A DNA stretch of 64,000 bases from the human T2T-CHM13v2.0 reference genome, Homo sapiens, in assembly GCF_009914755.1 (NCBI RefSeq), contig NC_060937.1. The stretch is one strand, 5' to 3'. Position numbers and translations under genes: made by a program. The notes under the pieces are model-generated. The model made no database searches. It had not been told where the DNA came from and worked only from the letters and a program-made list of their open reading frames with translations. The number at the start of each line of letters is the position of its first letter. Position 1 is the first letter of the stretch. Shown here piece after piece: positions 45,461 through 61,478 of this stretch.

Positions 45461-46867
45461 ATGAGCATTATAAGGATAAAATCAATAAACATTTGGTGTG
45501 GACAGATGATTTCTGTGGTATGCCTTTTTAGGGGAGGAACAGCTCTGTTCCTAGAGAGTTGGAAGGTTGACCAGATAAATAAGGCCTCCCATACGCCAAG
45601 CCTGGGGTCAGGAAACTCCCTGACTGAGATGGAGCTGCTAGGCCATGATTTAAGGTACCCAATCCAATGTGCATGGCCAGAGGCCACCAAACTGCACCTG
45701 AGTCGGGTAATTCTTGGATTATTTCACCGATCTTAGGTAGAGTGTAAGAAACTCCTGTAGTCACTAATTCAACCAGAAGGAAGAATTCAGGCTTTTTCTC
45801 ATATCTGCACACAGAAAAAAGTGGCTCTCCTCAAGTTAGCCAAGGTACAGACCAGAAAACAAGTAGTAGTTGCAATGATGAAACAGTCTGCACACAAGCA
45901 ACTCGATCAGCCAGAGCAGGGAGTGGGAAACATAGGTATGTGTGAGTGTGTTAGCATGAGTGTGAGTGTGCATGTGCGTGTGCCCCAGATGAGGCATGCT
46001 GGTGAGGTCAGTCTTCTGAGGACCACAGATTTAGCCCAGGGACAACATGAGGCATCAGCCTTTAATTTCTGTAGGCTTCAGGTAACATTCCATCTATTAG
46101 GCTATATTTCACAGGTATGCTTGCAACTGGGAACGTGAGAAATGTATTCTTGAAATTTCATGTGGCTCATCTGACTTTGCCACATCAAATCAAAATGTCC
46201 TTCATCTCAGAGGTACTGCAGGTGGATTCTCCAGATTTCGGAGGAGGTACTAGAGAGTGATAATCTCATCAAAGATATTCCTGCCTTTTGTGTCCTAGGG
46301 TCTGTGACACACAGGCCCTTAGTTATTATGAGGCCTGTAAGTCTTCTGTGGGGAGTGCGTTAGGGGATGATGGAGAGAAACTTTATATGTTTAATTCAAT
46401 TGTACTCGTTATTAAAGCTTATTCAATATATTTACAATACAATATAAAACTTTAGGTGATGTCTGAATCAAACATCTATTAAACAAATTGCAATATGTTT
46501 GGAACTTCATTCTAATTTTCCCATTAATTACCTAAATTCATTTATAAACTTCATACACCACCACTTATAGTTTTTAGTTCTGTAATATACACGTACATAT
46601 ATGAGTACAGTGTATATTCTTTGCTTTTAGGAAATCCAGTATAGGAAAATCTAAAGTTGGAAAACAGATAACCCTCAAGGTGATTATTTATATGATCAAA
46701 TAATTGGTTACTTTCCAAAAGTCCCTTTCAATGAAAAAAAAAAAAAACAATAAAAAACTAAATCAAATCCATAAATATAAACTAAGTACCTAATCTTATG
46801 AGCAAGAAAGAGGAGAATGAATATACAAAGAAGACCAAGATTAATTTGGGGTATTTAAGACTTTATA

Positions 46868-47196
<329 letters not shown>

Positions 47197-48519
47197 TCAA
47201 AAGCATCATTTACATAACATTAACCACATGACTGGTGGGTAGAGTTGTTTCTGTCCATTAGATTCCTTCCTCAGGGAGCCACTTATCCCTGTTTGGGCCT
47301 GCAAGATCTTATGTCTTTTTTTTACGTAAACCTATAGGTCTTTGAATGTTTTTCTACTTTCTGGTACAGAACAGGCTTACCTTGTACTTTCTCTCTCCTA
47401 GCCCTGAACCTATTCAGTTTCTCCAAGATGCCCAGTGCAATGATATTTAGAAACCAAAATCTGGGTATCAGATGTGTCCATTGCTACTGAGATATTACTG
47501 CTTCTTGGCCCCTTTAGTAGAGATAGTTAGAATACATATTTATTTAAATTGTGACTGAATCTTACTGAATCCCCTGTTCCCAATTCAAAACCAAAGAGTT
47601 TTTCCTTTAATGGAAAGGCGTTCTACATTCTTTAACTCAAATCAGTGATCCCTAGTCAGGAGTGGTTCTTGACTCATGTTCAAGTTTGTAATCATTTATT
47701 TCTTATTTTGCTCCTAAAGTGACCCAGTAAGGGAAAGCTGATGTGAAGCCTGATTAGCTTTTACCGTGATCCCTTTTCCTAAGGAGCTTTCAACAGTTTC
47801 CATTCATTTTGCCTGACTCAGAAGGTACAATCTCTTATTTCTTTTAGTACCTTAAAAAACAAACAAACAAAAACACCACTTTCCAAAATCCTGTGTATTT
47901 CACATATGTCTAAGGTTTTGAGGACAACCCAACCTATACAGCTTTCTCCAAGGATTGTAGAGGAGAGGGAACAGAGCAGAGAGGGGATGACTGCCTCGTG
48001 ATCTTGTACAGTCCACTGCTTACTGTTTGAAGTCTTGAGACTAGGAGACTCATATTTCTGCTACCAGATAATTAAGATACAGCATCTTAATTATCCTTCT
48101 ATCATCATGCAGATCAATGGTGTGCCATGTAAAATTTTTCTGAACTTAGCATTTTCACTGCTTCCAAAGGGCTGCACTATTTCATAAAAAGAAAACTGTG
48201 TTTCATAACAAAACGTTGCATAATTAAAGTGACTGTAACAATGACAAAAATGTGAATTTCCTCCTTCTCTTTCCTTTCTTTGAAGTCAAATGGGGAACCA
48301 AAATGGAATGTAAACGGAAGCTTTTTTGTCTTCCTTCTATCAAGCTTTGTTTGAGGTTCCAAATTCAATACACAGCTAGCACTGAGGAGGGTGTAGCAAA
48401 TTTTCCAGCAGTTGCAGCCAGGATTAACTGTACTGCCTTCTTTGCCAAATCCATTCGTAAGACAAAACTGAAACAGGTCCTGAAGCTTTGTCATCTTTGA
48501 AATTGAGGCCCAACACACG

Positions 48520-48760
48520 GTGCAGAAAGTGCTGGACTTGAGAAAATCTGGGTTTGGGGCCAGTTTTTCCGCTTTAGTGCCAAGTGTCCTTGGGCAAAGC
48601 ATTGGTTCCCTTTGAGGCTGTTTCCTTCCCTGTAAAACAAAAATAAAAGTCATGTTCTTGCTTACCTCATAAGGGCGTTTGAGGCTCAAATTAAATGTGA
48701 TAATGTCAAAGAGCTTTGCAAACTCTAAAGAACTATGAATATAAAGTGTTATTAGAAGCT
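48520..48760 (+). mobile_element. MIR
   Basis: ccttgggcaa..ctgtttcct..ctgtaaaa..cctcataaggg..aaatgtgataatg. Confidence 0.7.
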
Positions 48761-50018
48761 GTTGAAAGTAAATAATGGGGCAGCTTAATTCAAGTAATTT
48801 CAAATGCCTCAGGGTACAAAGAGCTGTGTGAGAGTCTTAGATATTTGCACTGCCCTGTGGTAATAAGAGAAGAGAGGGCGGGCTGAGGTGGGGAAGGTAG
48901 CATGACTCCTCTTTCCCGGTAAAGGTGGGCTGGGGTTGGAGAGAGAGATATTGAAGTTGGGGAAGGCAGGAGACGTCACAGCAGTTTGTAGAATGCAATT
49001 ATGATGATGAGATGGGATTTAGCTAACAGGAGAGAGAAGGATGGTAGGAACGGCCAAATGTGCTTCAGAAATAGCAGAAGTAGGGCAAAAGATGTGGCTC
49101 AGAAATAGCAATAAATACATAAATAAATAAATCAGAAATGAAGGCCAATAAATGTCGGAGGAGGAGGTTACACATATAGGGAGATCCTGGGGGGAAAGGA
49201 GTTTCCAGGCTTAGTGACAAAGGAGCCTGAAATGAGGATCCCAGGGTGTCAGCAGTTGATGTCCTGAGCCAGCAGTCTCCAGACACTCATTTGCATTTAT
49301 GAGTGCCTACTATGTGCCAGGCACTAGAAAGAAGGCTCTGTTTTCAAACAAAATCTTACAAGAACCCCAATATGTAAAACAGAAAAATTTGACGCTGCTC
49401 TGTTGAAGCAAGGCCTGGGGGACTCAGAGACATTCAGCTTTCCTCCGGATCCATTGGTAGCTCACACAACATCTCTGCAGGGAGTGAGGCCTCTACTGAG
49501 AGACAGAGATAGTACCACTCAACCATGTTAACTCCAGCGCCTAGGACATGATAAGCGTTCAATATTTCCTGCATGAATGAGTGCATGTACGCATGAATGA
49601 ATGCACAAAATAGAGTGGGTGGTCTGTAGGAAAGAATTCAGATAAATGGGTGCAGTGGATTCCATAACTGCATAGTGAGGCTATAACTTAGCAACCATGA
49701 ATAGTTAATACATAAAGGTTTCTCAATCTTCAGACATGGAATGGTGGGTGGGTCACCAAGACTGGCTTGCCAGAGGCCGAGGGAGACACATTCGTGTGTG
49801 TCCAGCCACAGCAGCCAAAGTTAGAGAGCGTAAGACAAGACAGAACAAGAGAAAGCTTCTACTGACAATGTCTTGGTCACTTCATTGCAAAAACAAAGCT
49901 AGTCCAGTGCTCTGCTCCTGTGTGGTGGGGCAGGCTGTCTTCAGAATCACAGAACACAAGAAAAACAGCTGACATTTATCATGTGCTACTTGCCAGGCAC
50001 AGAAGCAGTCCTTTTATG

Positions 50019-50539
50019 TGTGGTGGGTAGAACAATGGCCCCCTAGAGACCTCTATACCCCAATCCCTGTAGTCTATAAATATTCTATGTTACGAGGCAA
50101 TGGAGAAACTAAGATTGCTAACCAGCTGACTGTGAGGTGGGAAGAGTGTCCTGGATTATCCAGGTGGGCCCCATGTCATCACAGCATCCTTGCAGGTAAC
50201 AGTGGCAGGCAGGCAAGTCACAGAAGGAGCTGAAAGGACAGGAGCACATGTTGGAGTGATGTGATGTGATGTGATTTGAGAACTTGACTGGTCACTGCAG
50301 TTTTTGAGATGGAAGAGGGCCACAGGCCAAAGCAATGCAGGCAGCCTCCAGGAGCTAGAAAAGCAAGGAAATAGATTCTCCCCTAGACCCTCCTGGCCCT
50401 GCTGATACCTTGATCTTAGCCCAGCAAAACCCAGTTCAGACTTCTGACCTCCAGAACTGGAAGATTAAAAAATTTGTGTTGTTTTTAGCTACTACATTTA
50501 TAGTAATTTTTTTTACAGCAGCCATTGGAAATGAATACA
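50019..50539 (+). mobile_element. MLT1D-like MaLR LTR nested in MIR
   Basis: TGTGGT..AGAA start, cctggattatccaggtgggccc, gattctcccctaga, cttctgacctccagaact, end aatgaataca. Confidence 0.88.
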
Positions 50540-51249
50540 GATGTTCTCACTCCACCTTCATGTGACAGCCCTAACAGTTGGGTACTTACTGTTGGTATCT
50601 TGCAGATGAGTAGAATGAGGCATAGAGAGTTTGGGTCACTTGACCTAGTGGTGCAACAGGCGGCCAGACTCCACAGCCTGCTCTGTTTATCACACTGTCC
50701 CCTGGAGTGGCTTTACTTCCTCCTCCCCACAAATGAGAAAATGAGGCCCGAGAGATGTGTTCTGACCTGTCCCAGGTCACATGCAAGTTTGAGGAGACAA
50801 AGCTCAAACTATGCCCCAGGAGAATGATATAGACCAGTGCTTCACATACTTAAAGTCTCATCAGAATGCAGGTTCCAATTTAGCAGGTCTGTCTGAGATG
50901 GGCTCTAGGACCCTGTGTTTGTAAACAGCTCACAAGTGAGGTCTGGCCTCTGGGTCTGGAGCGGCTGTAGAAGCAGCTTCTGTTCTCTGCTTCGGGGCTC
51001 TGAGAATGTAGGGTCACTAGAAGAGGCTTGGGCTTCTAGTGGGATGAAGATGACGGGGCACTGGGAGGGAGAGAGGAGGCTTGGAGACGGGGAGACACAG
51101 GCACCGACGGCCATGCGACAGTCCTGTGTGGAATGAAATTTAGGGAAAGGTCAGGGCTAACCAGAAGGATATAACTCTTTGTGCTGCCCAAGAGAAAGAT
51201 GTCACTCATAAGTGATGATTATTTTTGTCATTTAAAAAGTCATTAAAAA

Positions 51250-51547
51250 CACTCACATGTAATTCCAGCGCTTTGGGAGGCCAAGGCAGCAGGATCGCTT
51301 GAGCTCAGAAGTACAAGACCAGCCTGGGCAACATAGGGATACCTCATCTCTATTAAAAATTTAAAAAATTAGCTAGGCATGCGCGTGCATGCCTATAATC
51401 CCACCTACTCTAGACGCTGAGGCAGGAGGATCATCTGAGCCTGGGGAGATGAGGGCTGCAGTGAGCTATGATTGTGCTACTGCACTCCAGCCTGAGTGAC
51501 AGAGTGAGACCATAATTCAGAAAAAAAAAAAAAAAAAAGAAAAGAAA
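51250..51547 (+). mobile_element. AluJ
   Basis: aggatcgcttgagc, ctgggcaacatag, A tail. Confidence 0.9.
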
Positions 51548-52568
51548 AGTTATCCGAAGCTTGAAGCTTGAAGGCATGGGTCGGGCATGGTGAATAGCAC
51601 AGACAGATGGAGGACATTCTGTCTGCCACAGAGCCTAAAATATCTACACGAGATTGTGGGAGAAAACCCAACAGCCTTCATTTCCTGCCATGTGTTTTAT
51701 GTAATTCTTTTATTTTATTTTTTATTTTTGAGAGAGACAGAAAGAGATAGTGTGCTTGTTCTTCGAGAAATGTCTCTAAAGTTTTGGCAGAATCAAAAGG
51801 CTAGTACCCCAGGCCCCTTCCTCTCCTGAGGCCCCACACCGCCCACTCCACAGACAGCAAACAGCCCCAGGAGGGTTGCTACTCTGTAACTGCGGTCATG
51901 GACCCCTGAGTCTTCATTTTAAAAGAATCCATGCACCCCTCTGTTTGTGTGTGGGGTGCTGGGAGAGTCTCTAACCTATTTCACTGAAACTGAATAATTT
52001 CCAGTTGTCTGTGGCTACCGCAGCTGCCTGCAGACTAGGAATGTTCTGGTTTCATTTTGAAACAACTCCCAGGCATGCAGGCAAGAAGTATCAACTTTCC
52101 TCTCAGATATGTGAACTCAGAGAGGAAGCCAAAGTTTGGCTGACTGGTTTCTAGGAGTACAGAGTGAAAACGTTGCTTGTATTTATTTAAAATGGCTAAA
52201 AAATGAGAACTTTTTTTTAAAAAAATAATCATATGTGGCACTATTCTTTTAAATCCAACAGCAGTTTTTATAGGGAATAATATGTAGATGGATAAATAAG
52301 TAGACAAATACTCTTTTTCATTATTTCATTAGGTCAATATGGAAAATGCTCAATAGGCCTTTTGAACACTTTAAAGGACTCCAAAGATGTTGGAGAAAAT
52401 GGAACATTCATTCGTACTTTTTTAGATAGATAATAATGTAGATGCATAGAGAAATATCCAGAAGGATATTCATCAAAATGTTAACAGTATTTGTCTCTGG
52501 ATGACAGAATTTAGAGGAGGTTTTTTTTTTTTCTTTTTCTTTTTTATACTTCTCTCTCTCTCTCTCTC

Positions 52569-53187
<619 letters not shown>

Positions 53188-54478
53188 GTGTGTGTGTATT
53201 ATATTATATACACATATTTCAGTAGCTTTTGGGGCACAAGTGGTTTTTGGTTATATGGATGAATTATATAGGGATGAATTCTGAGATTTAGTGCACCCCA
53301 TACTTGGCACAATTGACCTTCCATGCTCCTTAATGTAGAGTTTGCAAAATGGAGCTTTAAGGTACTTCTAAAATAAGTTTTCTACTAACCATCCCAGCTT
53401 AGGGGTTCACCTCAAAGGGTAGTGGTAATTCTTCAGGAAAATAATGAAATATGTTGATCAGTTGCCTGGCTCAGTCAGCAAACACTGAGGTGCCTATAAA
53501 GTCCAAGGAAGGTGTTTTGCTGGGTTCTGAAGAATAGCTTCTCTTTGCTTCCAGTCAGGTCCCAGGTGCGCAGTGTGACAGTTCTGCCTGCTGAGCACTT
53601 AGGTGAGGAGGACTCCGGCCATCAGGGGAACTTGAGGCTATGGGGTTTTCAGTTGTCAATCTAGAGTAGCGAAAAAACAAGCTTGAGGGTTACACGACCC
53701 TTGTTATCTGTGTCGTCTCGTTCAGGCCCAACACTTCCTGCTATTCTTTTCCACTATGGTCTTGTGTCATCATCTGCAAAATATGAATAAAAATACTTCC
53801 TCCCAGGAGTATTGTGAGGATTAAAGGAGACAATATGAATGGCACAAAGTAGGCCTCTAAAAATGTTTCTTCCTCCAAGAGCCCGAAGCAAACAGGGGAT
53901 TTTCAAGAATAATTTCTGTTTGGCTATGGGATATGTTATGTTACCTTTCTGCCTTAAACTGATCCACCAGTTGATTTATATTTTACTTGGTCTACCAGTA
54001 ATATTAACTTTTATTTCTTTTGAACATACAACTGATGATGGGAGAGGCAGATCCAAAGTGCTATTTGTGGTAGTCTGTTGTGGTTACAATTCACAGAATG
54101 CATACATACATGCACATAAAGGAGAAATGGCTGTGTTTAGAAAAAATGGTCATACATAAATAAGTTGATTACTTTGGTGATGGGAAACTAAGATTCAATG
54201 TCAGAAGAGACCTTTGGTGACTACTAGTAGCTTTTGAGGATCAGAAAAGTTAGATGGCTTTTCCTTTCTTTCTTGCCCTCTCCCATCACACACACACACA
54301 TACACACTCACACTACATCCTTTGCCAGCAGGCAGGGAAAGCACTCCCAGGGTGATACTGATATGAATGTTCTTTCCTTGCCCCCAACTCACCCTGCTCA
54401 AGTCACATAGCTAAGGTCAGCTTTGGGGAGCCAGATGCCAGCCCTGTCCCTTCACTGTCCTCAAGCTCCTGGGATCCT

Positions 54479-55539
54479 CAGGGCAGAGGTGTACAATGGT
54501 TCCCATCATCGTGGAGGGACTGGCACATTTGCCTGTTTCCTGCCTGAGTACCAACTAGAGGAAATGAAACTTACATGGCAGGGCCCTCACTTGCGCCAGC
54601 CCTTCTAAGGCCCTAGAACTAGGTTCTTATGGTTGTATGATTTCTGTAAAATTTGTAAGAAATATTTGAACAACCATCAGTTAAGACCCTGTTCTCTTCC
54701 ACCCATTTCTGATGTCCCCCCATCATTCTTCCTCATTTGTCAGTGGCATTGTGTGTCCGTGCATTTCTAGGGAGTTGCGCGGGGGATTCATTTAGTTTGG
54801 GTTTAGTGGGATGTGTATATGTGTGTTGTAGCCTCTTCCAGGTAGAGTTAAGCTGTTGCTGGGAATACTCCTATTGCTCACTGTGTTGACTCAGTGGGAG
54901 CTGTGACAGGAAGGTGAAGGAGACAGAGGCCATGTCATGACATGACCTTAAGTATAAGGAGAGTGGAGGATAAACAAGGTTTGAAATGTTTGAAGCTGGA
55001 AGATAGTCTATGGAGCATTCTTGCAATTGTCAGTAAGTAGAAAATTCAGTTGTCAAAGAAGACTAGTGAAAATACAAGTTCTTTCCTGTCAGGAATATAC
55101 TGGAAAATGCAGCATAGATGACTTTAATATACCATATGTATTTTTCTTTCCTATATTGATGAGAATCACATGCCACAACATCTATCTCTGAGTTTATAGG
55201 CAAGTCTGAAGCAGTACTACAAAAGCAAGGTGTCTCTAGCAGTTTATGAATGAAAAAAGCAAAAGCTTGATAGACCTTATTGTCGTATGATTTCTGTAAA
55301 ATCTGTAAGAAATATTTGAACAACCATCAATTAAGACCCTGTTCTTTTCCACCCATTTCTGATTCCTCCCATCATTCTTCCTCATTTGTCAGTGGCATCA
55401 TGTGTCCGTGCATTTCTAGGGAGTTGCGTGGGAGACTCATTTAGTTTGGGTTTAGTGGGATGTGTATATGTGTGTTGTAGCCTCTTCCAGGTAGAGTTAA
55501 GCTATTGCTGGGAATACTCCTATTGCTCGCTGTGCTGAC
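54479..55539 (+). mobile_element. MER115/Zaphod-like hAT-Tip100 fossil with internal duplication
   Basis: catttagtttgggtttagtgggat, ggaatactccta, aaacaaggtttgaaatgt, cctgtcaggaatatac motifs. Confidence 0.75.
54626..55539. repeat. ~265-bp direct repeat (54626-54890 and 55276-55539), ~94% identical
   Basis: manual alignment: about 14 substitutions and 1 indel. Confidence 0.93.
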
Positions 55540-55613
55540 GGACATTGCAGTGAGCTGAGATTGTGTCACTGCACTCCACAAATAAGTCATTTAATCCTCA
55601 AACAAGGAAGTAG

Positions 55614-55914
<301 letters not shown>

Positions 55915-56261
55915 CGAGATTTTTTTTGGAAAGTTTTCTTAAAAGCGTCTCCTTACCTCTGCTTCTAATACAGCTCTTTTATATTCTGGATTTGAAGTAT
56001 GGTTGAAAGGTCTAGGCTTGATTGCCAAAAGAAATGCACAGTCAAGTTAGAGTGTACAAAACATAGGTCTCTCAGACATTATGGCTGGCTCTCAGTTCCT
56101 GACAGTGAGGTCTCAAAAAAGGGGAAAGTGAGTTAGTCCTTCTAAAAAGCATAGAGGAGGAGGTTGAAAGGGTTAGAAAGGTCAAGTTTCTTGGAAGCTT
56201 TGTGTGGGAATTCCATCACTTTTATCTTCAGAACCCAAGGCAATGATAGCAATGATGATGA

Positions 56262-56298
56262 AGATGATGATGATGGTGATAATAATGATGATGATGGT
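56262..56298. repeat. imperfect (GAT)n repeat
   Basis: direct reading. Confidence 0.8.
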
Positions 56299-56727
56299 GC
56301 CCTGTACTTACAAAAAGGCTTTCATCTGTAGACTCAAAATGCAACACAACCACTAATTAATTCCAAAGGCAAGGTAGGCAAATATCATTATCTTCAATTT
56401 ACAGGCCAGGAATTTAACAAGGAAGAAATTAAGCCCTTTACCCAAGGTAATTTCAGAGTGAATATCACAAATGAAGAGTTCCTGCCTCTTCTCTGTCCAC
56501 ATGTCACCTACAGGTAGCTACAGAAGGGCTTTCTTTTATTCCTTCAGAAGTTGTTTTGGAGCCAATATTTGTGGATGACATTGTGGGACTACAAAAGATG
56601 ACAGCAAAAAGCAGCACATGATTAAATATCAAAATGGAAGGTAAAGGGAAAAAGAATTCTGGACAAAAGAGAGAGAGAGCTGTGGAGCTTGAAGGGGGAT
56701 TCAGAATTTGAATTTCTGGAGAACTAT

Positions 56728-57177
56728 TATGAGAGGCCCTGAGCATCCTTGTACTCGAGCTCGGAATGTTCTTGCTGGTTTTTCCAAGAATGCAAGGGCT
56801 TGACTGCTTTTCACTTGGGCCCTTTCTCAGGTTATTTGCTGTGAATAACCTTGAGGGACGAGATAATATCTCCCCCCAACAAAGAGCAGGTTTCCTTACC
56901 ACCAGCTGTGAAAGAGGTGGATTCCCCAAGCCTAGGTTCTTCTCCTGTAATACAACCTGTTGCATGGCAGCATTTATCTGAGCCCTATGTTGCCCTCTGG
57001 GACTTGGAAGCAAGGAAAACAGCTCAAACATAATGCTTATGCTGCTTGGTGACTGTAAATAATAAGGCCCCTTGTCTCTGACTCAGGAGTCTCATGTCGT
57101 CTGACAACATCCATGATACAGTAACAGGCTAACTAATTAGCTTACAAGTAGGATGAAATCAAATCCCACAGCTGACA
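56728..57177 (+). mobile_element. LTR40-family (ERVL) solo LTR
   Basis: ccaagaatgcaagg, aaccttgaggga, tgtctctgactcaggagtctc, catccatga, caggctaact motifs. Confidence 0.8.
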
Positions 57178-58350
57178 GAAACAGCCTGAATAACGTTAGG
57201 TGCACCTGATCTGTGACACTTGTACCCCTCCTGTTATGACACTGAGCACCCTTTATTGTAATTGCTTATTTAATTCCTTTATTCCCCACCAGGCTGGAAG
57301 CTATGGGAAGAAAGGGCTATTGCATTTCCTTTGCCTAGAAAAGTGCTTGGCATATAGTAGGTTTTTCTCAAATATTTATAGAAGGAGTGAATACATGGAT
57401 ATAGTCTGTTTAGGAGTACAGAATAAACCAGTTCCCCAGGAGGAAAGAGTTTTAAAAGGTAGGCAGAGTAACTGCTTTCATGTGTCCTCGAACATTCCAC
57501 TCTCTCCTCTGGGGCAGAGCGAGCTCCTTGCTGCACTGACCCCTCCCTTCACAGACTTCACTGAGTGCAGGGAGGACACATAGTAAAATGGTGCCACCTC
57601 TACTACACAATGATCTGGGTGGCTGCAGCATCTCTGCCTCACCATGATGTGATGGAGTTTCCCTGCCCCAACCTGCTTGTTTGAGTGTATGGTTCTGGTG
57701 TGGATGTTCGCTCAATTTCCACATCTCATGGGCATTGGTGGAAAGGAAGTCAAGGCCATGCCAACAGAGGTCACCTTTGGTTTCCTGAGGTCCACAGGTG
57801 TGGATGAGAAGCATCTGGCCAGGAAACCAGCCTGCCAGAATCCCCAGAGTGAAGACACTCAAGCAGAAGACAGGATGGCTCCTCAGCGTTACTCTGGCCA
57901 GTGATCAAATTTTCAGGGTTTGTGGAGCAATTAATTGCTTCATACACATGCTGGGCCACGTTCTTCAGAATGAGGCAGGTCACATCTCCGAATTCTTAAC
58001 CCTTTTGGAATCCAGGCGCTCACCACTACTGGTGGGAATAACACATCTTCTTCTGAAGGAAGGAACCAGTTGTTCTTAGTGGGAGAAGAGAGCCGTGGGA
58101 CCGATTTGACTTTTCTCCCAGAGAGCAGGTTCTCCATTTGCCTATTGGGAAAGAGAGGTGGACGCAGGTCAAAGATATCACATCCTCTCCTCTCACCTTT
58201 CCTTCTCCCTTCCCTTCCTCCTTCTGAGACACAAACGGAAATAGTATATTAGCTATGACCATGAATATCGTATTTACTAGTGATTTTTACTTACAAGACT
58301 GATCCAAGAGGATGTAATATCCTTCTATTTCTTTCAAAGCTCTTCATGGG

Positions 58351-59144
<794 letters not shown>

Positions 59145-60315
59145 ATGAGATTTTGTTTTTTTTTGTTTTTAACTCAACAATCATGTATTGAGCCTGTCCG
59201 GGGCCAGTCTGGGCCAGTCCAGAGAGTGAGAATAGCAGTCAGTAGGTTAAGAACACAGGTTTCTAGTTCAACAGACCTTGACTCAGTCCCATCCTATCTT
59301 ATTAGCGGTGGGACCTTTGCAGCTCCATGGGAGGATACTGGGGGAAGCCACTGTATTCCTCCCCTGCCTGTCTCCAGGCTTAGCAGCAGCCAGAGAGCCT
59401 GTTCTCTGAAAACGCTGCCTGGCACACTTGTTCCTGATGCTGGGATCCCTTTACAGGAAGCATAACCCTTTATTTTAGTTCAAATTAAACAAATACTCAA
59501 ATGCCCTGGTGGAAGCAGTTAACACCCACAAGTTAAAACTTGCCTGAAGACAATTTCTGCAGCCAGAAATAACGTGCAGACACTTAGCTGGGGGTAGGAG
59601 CTGAACACCACAGGGAGGAGACACGAAGTTGGAAAAGAGGAACTGAGAGCCTCAGAGTCAAAATTCATTACTTCATGCTTTTTCTTTCGACCTGATCTCC
59701 CTTCCCTTTCTTATTTTTGAGAGAAAGTTTCAATTCCTGTTACAGCTGAATTCACCGGGAAGTATGGGTAATTTGTCTCCATACTTAACCTGCGCTTTAA
59801 GTGTAAAATTTTGGCCATTTATTTAAGGCCTGGAAAGAATTTACCAACTATAAGAAAATCATGTGACTTTCTTAGTGAAATGGCATCAGAAGATTTCCGG
59901 GGACCAAAGAGCACCATAACCAGGTGTAGCTGGAGTCAGGCCATTTTGTGTCAGCCAGTGCCAAAGTCCTTCCAGGTGGTGGCTGCTCTTTCTAAGGACT
60001 ATTTGAACTTACAGCAATCTGATCAAGGCAGGTTTTAGAGTTTCAGGAATGCTGGTGAGCCATGTCTTGCATGTTTAACCCAAAGCTTCCCTGGAGTTGG
60101 AGACTGCACTACTTTTCATCCATCATACACTTTTTGGGCACTCGCTTGTTGGTGCTGGGCACTGTGTTAGACTCCAGAAAGACAGATAATTGTTTAGTAA
60201 AGGAAAAAAAAATGCTGTTTCTGCCCTGGAAAAATGTGCCTGACACAGAGGCCTTTTGTATTTCTGTTCTGGTCAAATAGCAACTCTCTCCTCGAGGCCA
60301 TAAATGCTGAAGCTT

Positions 60316-60570
60316 AGACCTAGTATTTGATAGCACAACAGGGTAACTATAGTCAATAATAATTTAATTGTACATTTAAAAATAACTAAAAGAGTATAGT
60401 TGGATGGTTTGTAACACAAAGGATAAATGCTTGAGGGGATGGATACCCTACTTTCCATGATGTGATTATTATGCATTGCATGCCTGTACCCAAATATCTC
60501 ATGTATCCCACAAATATATAGACCTACTATGTGCCCACAAAAATTAAAAATTAAGAATTAAAAAAAAAAT
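60316..60570 (+). mobile_element. L1MA2/3-like 3' end
   Basis: tagtatttgatagcacaacaggg...tgcttgaggggatggataccc...cctactatgt..acaaaaattaaaaat. Confidence 0.88.
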
Positions 60571-61045
60571 GCCACAAGACAGGAGAGGTAAGTTAGCCTA
60601 GAAAGAGCTTGTTAAAAAAAAAAAAAAAATCCTTTCTTTACAGTCGAATAATATTTTAGCAATGCTGCCCTCTGCAGAGCAAAACTAGGATCGCAACTCT
60701 AGGTGGTTAAACGAACTTCCCAACACTGGTTAATTTGAAGAGAACTGGAAGATTCAATGGTCTTCCAGAGTTTTCTCACATACCCCCCTAAAATAATTGT
60801 GAATAATCATGTGCCTCCTTGCGTGTTTTTAAGTTGACATCTAAATTTGCCTTATCACCTTAATAGTTGCAAAGGATGTTCTTTCCCACACATTTTCTGA
60901 GCTTTAAATAGTTGCAGATTGAGCGTATCCAGTTTAGTTTATGAAAAACACCATCTGTATCACCTGGTGGGCAAAGCCAGCCCTCATTGTCAGACCAATC
61001 AGCTAACTTTGAATTGCTTTCTGACAGAAAAATAGTTTACTCGAC

Positions 61046-61478
61046 TGTATTAATCACGCTGCTGATAAAGACTTATCCGAGACTGGGTAATTCTTAAAAA
61101 AAAGGAGGTTTAATGGACTCACAGTTCCATGTGGCTGGAGACGCCTCATAATCATGGTGGAAGATGAAGGAAGAGCAATGGGACGTCTTACATGGCAGCA
61201 GGCAAGAGAGAAAGAGAGCCAAACGAAAGGGGAAACCCCTATAAAAGCATCAAATGTTTGATGAAAAGACTTTGAAATTCATTGTTGAAAAGACTTATTC
61301 TGTTCAACATTGTTGAAAAGTTGTTTGAAAAGACTTATTCATTACCATGAGAACAGTATGTGGGAAACCGCCCCCATGACTCAATGATTTCCCACTGGCA
61401 CCCTCCCACAACACGTGGGAATTATGGAAGCTGCAATTCAAGATGAGATTTGGGTGGAGACACAGCCAAACCATATCA
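61046..61478 (-). mobile_element. THE1 (THE1C-like) MaLR solo LTR with ~75-bp internal insertion
   Basis: tgtatta...cacagccaaaccatatca termini, 5-bp TSD tcgac/ttgac. Confidence 0.92.

Noticed and set aside
48177-48803. 208-aa minus-strand ORF
   Set aside because: Non-ATG start, runs through a MIR, no recognisable protein features
56504-57031. 175-aa minus-strand ORF
   Set aside because: Mostly antisense to an LTR40 element; no domain similarity
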